The translations under genes were made by a program, and so were the position numbers. The notes beneath the pieces were generated by a model. The model saw only the letters and a list, made by a program, of their open reading frames with translations, ran no database searches and was not told the DNA's origin. From a bacterium (GTDB taxonomy: Bacteria > Verrucomicrobiota > Verrucomicrobiia > Methylacidiphilales > Verrucolacustridaceae): a DNA stretch of 36,420 nt. The stretch covers positions 1 to 36,420 of the forward strand of contig RFWS01000001.1 in the NCBI GenBank assembly GCA_009921985.1, written 5' to 3'. Position 1 is the first letter of the stretch. Every line of letters starts with the position of its first letter. Positions 28,776 through 36,420 of the stretch are shown piece by piece.

Positions 28776-31700
28776 AACCCTTTAAAGAGATTCCCGACCC
28801 CCTGCAGGATGCTCCCGGCGCCCGCCGCACCGCCCGCCCCCTGCAATACCCCCTGAGGTGTGTTGAGAAGAAGATTGATTCCGCCGGCCAAAAGCATTTT
28901 CGCCACATCCATCTGCACCTTGGGATCCGCCAAAGTACCCGTGATGGAGGCCGATCCGGGAATTTTGGTGTAATACTCGTTGCTATTTCCCACCAATTGG
29001 GTCATCGCTCCCTGCAACTGTCCGCTGCTCTGGATCGCCTCCCGGGTCAGCGCCAGATTAACTTCAAAGTCGATGGCTTGGGTCATCCAATCCATCCATC
29101 CGCGCATGGATGCGGATAAGGTGCTGCCCAAAATCCGCAGGTCCTGCGTGGAAATCTTTGAACCGGCGACCTGAAAGGATCCGCCCAAGTCATTGATCTT
29201 GCTCTCGGCGACAAGGCTGGATCCCAGAAATAAGCCAGCCCCTTGCAAGGCCTTGCGGATGGCGGGGAGATTTTCCAAATGAGCCTCATACAACCGAAAG
29301 GTTCCGTTGCCACGAAGACTCTGTTGGAGATCCTGCACTCTCCCGCCCGACGCCTGCCCGGAAAACTCAAGATTGGCGTATCCGCCCAGGGACCCCCTCG
29401 CATCCTTGATCATCGGACTCAGGATCGCCCCAAGCGGAAATCGTCGGACCACCAAATCAGCCTGCAGGGGGGAATCCGGACCATTCTTTTGGGCCACCGA
29501 GCCCGTAATCACACCTCCTTGAACCTCCACCGACGCCTTCTGGAGCGAAACCCCCTCCGGACCCAGTTGGAATTTGGAAATGTTCACGGGACCAACACTG
29601 GCATCCCGAAAGATCACCTTTTGGAGGCGGGCCGAAAGATCCAACCGGAGCGGTTCCGGTTGGTTTCCCGCGGCAAGCGGAGCTGATTGCCAATTCCCGT
29701 ACTGATCCAGAATTCCGCGTAAATCCAAAGTCTCTCCGATGAGGGTGGCGTCCAGCAGGCCAGGACCAGCCCTCAACAGGGGAATTTCCACAGGCTGATT
29801 CTCCGAACCGGAAAAGAACATCGACGCATCTTTGACGGTAAAAATGTGGGTTCGTTGATCATAATCCCAATTTCCATCCAGCCGCAGGGAAACTGACGCC
29901 AATTTTTTTTGATCCGAAATTCGCGCCTCCACGACGGTGACATCGATCTGTCCGGAATTTCCATGGTCTCCCGGTTCCCAGAATCCACGACCCAGCACCA
30001 AGTCGCCCTCGACCCATCGGTTCGGTTGCAGCCAAGATCCGGCCAAAAAGCCCACCCAGCCCTTTGGAATTCGACCGGATTCCCAGGAAACGGCTTCGCT
30101 TTTTTTCCAATCCACTTTCTCGATTATCAGGGTGCCCCCGAAACCTTCGGCGGTGAGTTGCACATCATCCAGCAAAGTGACCCCGTCCTTCCCCCAATCC
30201 AAGGTTCCCAGCACCTTGGCCTTCAGACCGTTGGCCGACCCGATTTCCGGCAAGGAGACCGCCAGATCCTGCGCCTCCGCGCTGAATCCCACTTTTCGTA
30301 CCCCTGCCTTCGGTTCGCCCACATTGGCTTTCAGGACCATGGTCCCCAACGAAACATAGGGCGTTACCGCAGGCACGTTCTGGGCAAATGCGGCCAAGTC
30401 CACCTTGCCCACCACTGCCAGAATGGACTGGGCAGCTTTCTCGGATGACAACTCCAGCCAAACTTTCCCCGCTTGCTCGGAGGCGACCATTACTTTGCGG
30501 ATCGCAAGGGTTCGGTCGGAGCCAAGCTCCGCCTCAGCCTTGACGTTCGTGCGGTTGTCAGTCAACCGCAGTCCGGGCAGATCGACGGAAAAATCCGGGC
30601 AGGAAACATCCATCTCCAGTTGCAGTCGGCCGCGGGCAGGATCGCTTTGCACCCGGACAAATCCAGAGAGGGTTCCCGCAATCGAGTTTTCGTCGGCCTT
30701 GGCGAGTACCAGGGGGGCCAGAATGCCCATGGGCCACCCTCCAAACTGGACCAGACCGGAGCAGGCCCGGGTGCCAGCCGGCTGCCATTCTTCCGGACCC
30801 CTTTTTTCCAAGGTCAACGGGGCATCAAGCGTGGCCCGCACCGCCTCGCTACCGTCCCGGTGCTTGGCCACCAAGGCCAGGGCATCGATCGAAAGCACCC
30901 CGGAAGTCCCGGAAGGCCAGGAGGCCTGCACATTCCCCTGCACCGAGGAAAAATCCACCGGCCGCGGGCGCTGGGCGGTTCCCGTATCCACCGTGACGGC
31001 CGCCTGTAGATTGGCTGTGACACGGTCGTGTTGGTTTTGCCGGATAAACTCAAAAGAGCCTTGCCCCGAAGCCTCGTTCCACTGCCAGTTCGGGGTGAAA
31101 TTCTTGAGCAAAGGGACGACAAAGTCGGACTCAGCTTTGGCCAGCTCTATTTTGATCCGCCCCTCGTCCCCCGCCGGCTTCCACACGCCGGAAACCTTTC
31201 CGTCAAGCAGGGGCGTTCCCGCACGGTTCGCCTGCACCACCAATTCCGGCAAGGTCCACCCTCCCTGCGACACCTCCACCTCCGAGGAAAGTTTGGCTTC
31301 CCAACTGCCCGCCTTTTCCCCCGGCCAGCGCATGTTACTCAAGCCCAGTGAAACCAGCCCCGACCCTTTCTGGTTGGGATTTCCCGAAAACTCCACATGG
31401 GCCTTGGCTTGGCCATCTTCCGGCCAAAACCTCGCCCCACTCCATGCCTTGCCCAACCCCGTCAAACCCATGGCCAAATCTCCGGCCAAAAAGCCTTGGT
31501 TTTTGCCGAAGTCCCACTCCGCTTTGGCCAAAAACGAGAGGTCCTCCGTTGCCCCCCCTTCCCAGGAAGCCCGGACCGTCGCACTCTCCAGATGTAACTG
31601 GGTTCCTTGGTCCAGATACCCCTGAAAATCAAAGGAACCGGACTGGACGGCAATCCTTCCCTGGAGCCAACGCCCGGAAGCCGTCATTGCACGGCTGTCC

Positions 31701-33049
31701 ACCCGCCCCACCAATCCCACTCTTCCCCCCTGCACTCGCGCTGACCCCTCCGCCGAAAGACTTCCCCCCTCCACTTGAAGCTTTGCCGGATCGAAAAAGA
31801 TCGGCGCCAGGGCCGCCATTTCCAGGCCCCGAGCCGTCCATTGCAACGAGGCTGCCTCACCCACCGGCGTTTTGGATTTTGCCACCATCGACACCACGGC
31901 CGGCCGATCCAAAAGCAACCGAAAGTCCTCAGGCTGACCGGCCCGCCCCAAGTTTGCCGAAAGACGATCCACTTTGAGCAAACCCTCATCCGCATTCCAT
32001 TCCCCACGGGAGGAGAAAGCCAAGGCCGCCGGCTGGGAAGGCCAGAAAATTCCGCCTGCGGTGGCCATTTGCACCGCCTGGCCGCTCAAATCGAGTTCCA
32101 CCACCAGCGGTTGACTGGGCCCCCCGCCCAGCTTAACCGCACCGCCTAAAGAGCCGGCAACGGACTGAATTCCACGAGGCTGGAGAAAAACTCCGGCCAA
32201 GCGCAGATCGGTTGGCTCGAATTGGATTTCTGCGGCCCAATTCCCCGACGGGGCGTAAGTGCCGTCAATCTTCGCGGCCAACCGGATCCCCCCGATCCCC
32301 TGCCAAACCGCCTTCAAGCCATTCACCCGCCAATCTTCCCGGGGACTCCGGATCGCTTTTCCCTCCAGGACAAGCTGACAGGGGGACACGAGATGCCACG
32401 GCGGCAAATCGATCACCGTGGAGACGTCCGTCGTCGCCTGGATATCCCAAACGTCCCCACCGCTCGGATTCTGGGATTTTTGGGCCGTGGCCCGCATGGC
32501 CGTGGCCAACTCCTGTTTGCCGGGGCCGTCCCAATTCAACTGACCGAGTTGCAAGCGGATTTCCCGCGGGGTTTCCCCATCCCACCCCCCTGCCGTCGCC
32601 TGCACCGATTTCAGGATCCAAGCCCCCGTCTCCGTCCGAAAACGACCTTCCATCAAATTCACCCTGGCCTCCCGCAGGGAAAACGGAATCGAGACCGGGG
32701 AGGTTTTTTTCTTTTCCTTGGGCGAAGTCACCTCCAAATCCACCATGGCAAATCGAAAGTCCGCCCGCAGGATTTCCGGCCGGCCCGACAGGATCGTAAG
32801 GGGGGCGAATTCCACCCTGCCCGAATCCATCGCAATCCTGGACTTGGCATCGTTGACCGCCTCAAATTCCCGGATTTCCAAAACACCCATGGCGGAAAGA
32901 CGGGCGGAGACGGCCTTGGCTTTCCAGCCCAGTCCATAGGCAACCACCGGAAGGGTAATTTCACAGAAAACGGTGGGCTGAAACAGCAACGTCCCTAGGG
33001 AGGCAAACAGGATACCCGCGAAAGTGAGTAAGAATTTCCCGATTTTCAC
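28772..33049 (-). CDS. Large AsmA-like envelope protein (about 1425 aa)
   Basis: Single N-terminal TM helix, long Gly-rich beta-strand repeats, AsmA-type C-terminus (SLRGNGTFRL...GGSFQV...ISTQDLRILG...SITGTLADPKV). Start placed at GTG 33049 (uncertain). Confidence 0.75.
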   Translation of the reverse strand: MKIGKFLLTFAGILFASLGTLLFQPTVFCEITLPVVAYGLGWKAKAVSARLSAMGVLEIREFEAVNDAKSRIAMDSGRVEFAPLTILSGRPEILRADFRFAMVDLEVTSPKEKKKTSPVSIPFSLREARVNLMEGRFRTETGAWILKSVQATAGGWDGETPREIRLQLGQLNWDGPGKQELATAMRATAQKSQNPSGGDVWDIQATTDVSTVIDLPPWHLVSPCQLVLEGKAIRSPREDWRVNGLKAVWQGIGGIRLAAKIDGTYAPSGNWAAEIQFEPTDLRLAGVFLQPRGIQSVAGSLGGAVKLGGGPSQPLVVELDLSGQAVQMATAGGIFWPSQPAALAFSSRGEWNADEGLLKVDRLSANLGRAGQPEDFRLLLDRPAVVSMVAKSKTPVGEAASLQWTARGLEMAALAPIFFDPAKLQVEGGSLSAEGSARVQGGRVGLVGRVDSRAMTASGRWLQGRIAVQSGSFDFQGYLDQGTQLHLESATVRASWEGGATEDLSFLAKAEWDFGKNQGFLAGDLAMGLTGLGKAWSGARFWPEDGQAKAHVEFSGNPNQKGSGLVSLGLSNMRWPGEKAGSWEAKLSSEVEVSQGGWTLPELVVQANRAGTPLLDGKVSGVWKPAGDEGRIKIELAKAESDFVVPLLKNFTPNWQWNEASGQGSFEFIRQNQHDRVTANLQAAVTVDTGTAQRPRPVDFSSVQGNVQASWPSGTSGVLSIDALALVAKHRDGSEAVRATLDAPLTLEKRGPEEWQPAGTRACSGLVQFGGWPMGILAPLVLAKADENSIAGTLSGFVRVQSDPARGRLQLEMDVSCPDFSVDLPGLRLTDNRTNVKAEAELGSDRTLAIRKVMVASEQAGKVWLELSSEKAAQSILAVVGKVDLAAFAQNVPAVTPYVSLGTMVLKANVGEPKAGVRKVGFSAEAQDLAVSLPEIGSANGLKAKVLGTLDWGKDGVTLLDDVQLTAEGFGGTLIIEKVDWKKSEAVSWESGRIPKGWVGFLAGSWLQPNRWVEGDLVLGRGFWEPGDHGNSGQIDVTVVEARISDQKKLASVSLRLDGNWDYDQRTHIFTVKDASMFFSGSENQPVEIPLLRAGPGLLDATLIGETLDLRGILDQYGNWQSAPLAAGNQPEPLRLDLSARLQKVIFRDASVGPVNISKFQLGPEGVSLQKASVEVQGGVITGSVAQKNGPDSPLQADLVVRRFPLGAILSPMIKDARGSLGGYANLEFSGQASGGRVQDLQQSLRGNGTFRLYEAHLENLPAIRKALQGAGLFLGSSLVAESKINDLGGSFQVAGSKISTQDLRILGSTLSASMRGWMDWMTQAIDFEVNLALTREAIQSSGQLQGAMTQLVGNSNEYYTKIPGSASITGTLADPKVQMDVAKMLLAGGINLLLNTPQGVLQGAGGAAGAGSILQGVGNLFKGF

Positions 33050-33135
33050 CGAATTGGAATTATCCCCCTTCGGGCCTTTTCTCGCAATCACGGAGGAAAT
33101 CTCGCCACCCTGCCGCTTTCCTCTTAATTGGAACA

Positions 33136-33984
33136 ATGATCCTTCGGCTCGGCTGGCTGGCCCTTCTTCTGCTCGCCTTCCCACTCATTGCCGCCGAGAT
33201 CCCCGACCTGCGCACCTTGGCCAAACAGGCCCGCCCCGCTGTCTACCTCCTCGCGATCCAGGATGAGGATGGGGAGGTGAAGGGTTCCGGCACGGGATTT
33301 CTGGTCTCCGCGGACGGCCTGCTTGTGACCAACCACCACGTGGTCACGGGCGGAAAACGGATTCTCGCCAAGGCGGAGAACGGCGGCCTCTTCCCTGTCA
33401 TCCGCGTTCTCGCCACTGATCCCGTCAATGACCTCGCCCTGCTTCAACTGGACGGCAAAGACCTTCCCTGCCTCACCTTGTCCCCCCCCAACTCCGCCGA
33501 AGCCGGCACCCGCATCGCCGTCATCGGCAGCCCCCTCGGTCTGGAGGGAACCCTGACCGAGGGCATTGTTTCGGCCCGAAGAAAGTTGCCCGGGGAAAAA
33601 CGTGAGGTTCTCCAGATCAGCGCCGCCATCTCCCAAGGTTCCAGCGGGTCCCCCGTCCTGGATGCCCAAGGTCATGTGGTCGGCATCGCCTCGTTTCTCC
33701 TCGCCGAAGGCCAGAGCCTCTACTTCGCCACCCCCTCGGAAAAACTCCAGGCACTCCTCCGTCGCTCCGGCCACACCACCGGGACTTCAACGGTTGTGCC
33801 CTCCTCGAGGACGAATGCCTCATCCCCGCGCACTTTTACGGTGCGCTCCGGTGATACCCTCACGCGCATCTGCCGCGATCTCAAAAACCAAGGCATCCAG
33901 GCCAGCCCGGACCAAATCCGCGCCCTCAACCAACTGGCCACCAACGCCTTGATCCGACCCGGTCAGGTTCTGAAAATTCCCTGA
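33136..33984 (+). CDS. Secreted trypsin-like serine protease with C-terminal LysM domain
   Basis: Signal peptide; GSGTGFLV, VTNHHVV (His), NDLALL (Asp), ISQGSSGSPV (Ser); Ser/Thr linker; FTVRSGDTLTRI...IRALNQL...IRPGQVLKIP (LysM). Confidence 0.9.
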   Translation: MILRLGWLALLLLAFPLIAAEIPDLRTLAKQARPAVYLLAIQDEDGEVKGSGTGFLVSADGLLVTNHHVVTGGKRILAKAENGGLFPVIRVLATDPVNDLALLQLDGKDLPCLTLSPPNSAEAGTRIAVIGSPLGLEGTLTEGIVSARRKLPGEKREVLQISAAISQGSSGSPVLDAQGHVVGIASFLLAEGQSLYFATPSEKLQALLRRSGHTTGTSTVVPSSRTNASSPRTFTVRSGDTLTRICRDLKNQGIQASPDQIRALNQLATNALIRPGQVLKIP

Positions 33985-33987
33985 TTA

Positions 33988-34992
33988 ATGAGCCCACGCC
34001 TTCCTCGTGGTTCCCCGCGCTTTCTCGCCACGCCACTTTCCGGCTCCACGGGTTTTCTCAGCCGGGTCTTCCTCGCCACGCGGAAGGACGATTCCCATCG
34101 TTACATCCTCAAGGTCGGGAGCGACCTTCCCGCCCGCCGAGCCTGGGGACGCACTCTGCGGATCTTTTCCCGGGAACTGGCCGCTTACCGCTTACTCGCG
34201 CTGCTCGGTGGAAAACTTTCCCCACGCCTTTATGCCGGCACCGCCACCGAGGGCGGCGCCAACGGCCTCCTCCTTTTCGAGGAGATCCGCCGCGCCCGGA
34301 ATCCCGACCAACTCCAAGGCCTGGGCTGGACCGATCTCACCGCCGCCGCCCGCGGTATCGCCCGGATCCATGCCCGGTTCTGGAACTCACCGTCTCTGCT
34401 CCGCGCCCGGGACCTGCCTCTTCACCACTACATGCTAGCCCACGAGGTTCGAAGACATCTCCCAAAGTTCCTCCGCTGGACCAAACTTTCCCCAAAGGAT
34501 CAGAGCCTCTTTCGGAACCTTCCCCCAAAAGTCGAAGCAGCGCTCGCCCGCCTTAAAAAGGGCCCCCTCACCCTCACCCACGGGGATTTCCGCTCCGATA
34601 ACATCTTCTTCGGAAAAGGTTTCGTGAAGTTCATCGACTGGGCTTTCGCCTCCCGCGGTTCCGGCACCTTCGACCTCGCCCGACTCGCCGGGGCCAGCCC
34701 CAAAAAAAACCTGTCCCTAATCCAGCACGTCGATTTGCTCAACCTCTGGCATGCGGAACTTCTCCGTCACGGCGTCCGGAACTACCCCCTCCACCAAGCC
34801 TGGCAGGATTATCAGGACTCCGTCCTCCTTACCCTCACCATCCCCGTCACCAATGCGCCCACGCTCGCGAAATTCTCGGCCAGAGGCCGCCGGATGGCGA
34901 AGTTGATTACGAAAAGATTTCTATGTGCAGCAAAGGAGCTGGGAGTTTTCGTTAACGCAGCACGCGAGTTCACATTCACAAACCATACTTAG
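33988..34992 (+). CDS. APH/choline-kinase-like phosphotransferase (ecdysteroid kinase-like)
   Basis: [26 protein letters not shown], Brenner motif [17 protein letters not shown]. Confidence 0.85.
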   Translation: MSPRLPRGSPRFLATPLSGSTGFLSRVFLATRKDDSHRYILKVGSDLPARRAWGRTLRIFSRELAAYRLLALLGGKLSPRLYAGTATEGGANGLLLFEEIRRARNPDQLQGLGWTDLTAAARGIARIHARFWNSPSLLRARDLPLHHYMLAHEVRRHLPKFLRWTKLSPKDQSLFRNLPPKVEAALARLKKGPLTLTHGDFRSDNIFFGKGFVKFIDWAFASRGSGTFDLARLAGASPKKNLSLIQHVDLLNLWHAELLRHGVRNYPLHQAWQDYQDSVLLTLTIPVTNAPTLAKFSARGRRMAKLITKRFLCAAKELGVFVNAAREFTFTNHT

Positions 34993-36197
34993 TCCTTGAG
35001 CAGATACTTGGAAGCTTCGTTCACATCCTTGTCCCCGCGGCCCGACAAATTCACCAGGATAATTTGATCCTTCTTGAGCTTCGGCGCTTCCTTCATCGCA
35101 AAAGCCACCCCGTGGGCCGTCTCCAGCGCCGGCAGAATCCCCTCCACCTTCCCCAAAGTTGCAAAGGCGTTGAGCGCCTCATCATCGGTCGCATAGGTGT
35201 ACTCCGCCCGGCCGATGTCCCGTAGTTGGCAGTGCTCCGGCCCCACCGCCGCATAATCCAACCCGGCCGAGACCGAATGAGTCAGCTCGATCTGCCCATC
35301 CGCGTTCTGCAGGAGGTAGGATTTCGACCCCTGCAAGACCCCCAGCTTCCCGCCCTGAAACCGGGCCGCGTGCCGGCCGGGCTTGATCCCCTCCCCGCCG
35401 GCCTCCACACCAACCAGACGGACTTTTTCATCCTGGAGAAAGGCGTAGAAAATCCCGATCGCATTGCTGCCGCCGCCCACGCAGGCGCAGACCACGTCAG
35501 GCAACCGCTCCTCCCGCTGCATCAGCTGGGATCGTGCCTCCTCCCCGATCACCCGGTGAAATTCCCGCACCATGTAGGGATACGGATGGGCCCCGTAGGC
35601 CGTGCCGAGCACGTAGTGCGTCGTGCGCACGTTGGTGACCCAGTCGCGCATCGCCTCGTTCACCGCCTCTTTCAGGGTCTTCTGCCCCGCCGTCACCGCC
35701 ACCACCTTGGCGCCAAGGAGCCGCATCCGGGTGACGTTGAGCGCCTGCCGCCGCATGTCCTCCTCCCCCATGTAAATGACGCACTCCATGCCGTAGCGGG
35801 CGGCCATCGTAGCCGTGGCCACACCGTGCTGCCCGGCCCCCGTCTCCGCGATAATCCTTTTCTTCCCCATCCGCCGGGCCAGCAGGACTTGGCCGAGGGC
35901 GTTGTTGATCTTATGGGCGCCGGTGTGGAGCAGGTCCTCCCGTTTCAGGTAAATCTTGGCTCCGCCCAGCTGTTCGGTCAGGCGGGCAGCGAAATAGAGG
36001 GGTGTCGGCCGGCCCGTGAAGTCCCTTCGCATCTCCTGCAGTTCGTGCTGGAAGCCGGGGTCCTTACGGGCCTTTTCAAACTCCTGCGCCAGTTCCTCCA
36101 GCGGCGCCACCAGGGTCTCGGGCACATACCTCCCCCCGTAGACACCGAAGTGTCCCGAGGCGTCCGGTCCCGCCGGCAGCTTGCTCATTGTGGGCAT
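34989..36197 (-). CDS. trpB: Tryptophan synthase beta chain
   Basis: [67 protein letters not shown]. Confidence 0.98.
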   Translation of the reverse strand: MPTMSKLPAGPDASGHFGVYGGRYVPETLVAPLEELAQEFEKARKDPGFQHELQEMRRDFTGRPTPLYFAARLTEQLGGAKIYLKREDLLHTGAHKINNALGQVLLARRMGKKRIIAETGAGQHGVATATMAARYGMECVIYMGEEDMRRQALNVTRMRLLGAKVVAVTAGQKTLKEAVNEAMRDWVTNVRTTHYVLGTAYGAHPYPYMVREFHRVIGEEARSQLMQREERLPDVVCACVGGGSNAIGIFYAFLQDEKVRLVGVEAGGEGIKPGRHAARFQGGKLGVLQGSKSYLLQNADGQIELTHSVSAGLDYAAVGPEHCQLRDIGRAEYTYATDDEALNAFATLGKVEGILPALETAHGVAFAMKEAPKLKKDQIILVNLSGRGDKDVNEASKYLLKD

Positions 36198-36314
36198 GGG
36201 TAAAGCCTACCTCAAAAATCATCCGATGGGTAGGGACGGCTCCCTTGCCTGTGTACGGCAAAAACCAAAGCTCGATGAGTTCACCACTGGCAAGCACCGC
36301 TCGAAAAAAAATCC

Positions 36315-36419
36315 CTACCGATATGCCCACGCCAAACGCCCGATCAGGAGAACCAACACAAATAAAAACAGGGCCCGGATGAAACGGTTCCCCTTGCGGA
36401 TCGCCAGATGACTCCCCAC
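36315..36419 (-). CDS. 3' end of a probable TSUP (TauE/SafE) family transporter, partial
   Basis: Manual translation VGSHLAIRKGNRFIRALFLFVLVLLIGRLAWAYR-stop resembles the last TM segment of YfcA/TauE-type proteins; only 34 codons are visible. Confidence 0.6.
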   Translation of the reverse strand: MGSHLAIRKGNRFIRALFLFVLVLLIGRLAWAYR

Positions 36420-36420
36420 G

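Noticed and set aside
36198-36314. trp attenuator, T-box or REP element upstream of trpB
   Set aside because: No Trp-codon leader peptide or T-box motif; only short 5-bp hairpins (aggga/tccct, ttgcc/ggcaa) with no second copy in the window.

Overview
GC-rich bacterial core-chromosome segment. Protein style suggests Verrucomicrobiota, but that is inference only. It carries housekeeping genes (lysA partial, thiC under a TPP riboswitch, a lipoate-ligase family gene, nadE, rplU-rpmA, a divergent uvrA, glgP, a yicC-gmk-coaC-acs-isochorismatase operon, trpB) and an essentially complete core hopanoid pathway in two loci: hpnH plus a small unknown gene, and hpnC with a fused hpnD-hpnE converging on shc-hpnG. 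No rRNA, tRNA, CRISPR array, transposase, integrase or phage gene was recognised. The most notable observations are: (1) the single-polypeptide HpnD-HpnE fusion and an uncharacterised Sm-like protein behind hpnH; (2) five clean indel lesions in otherwise intact genes (lysA, thiC, hpnH, hpnD, glgP), which are either assembly artefacts or very recent mutations; (3) a family of short degenerate 6-nt-periodic repeats at convergent gene junctions; (4) repeated -10 boxes exactly 6 nt before start codons, suggesting leaderless mRNAs; (5) a secreted trypsin-like protease-LysM fusion. I found no clear-cut novel multi-gene system; the candidates are modest and are scored accordingly.
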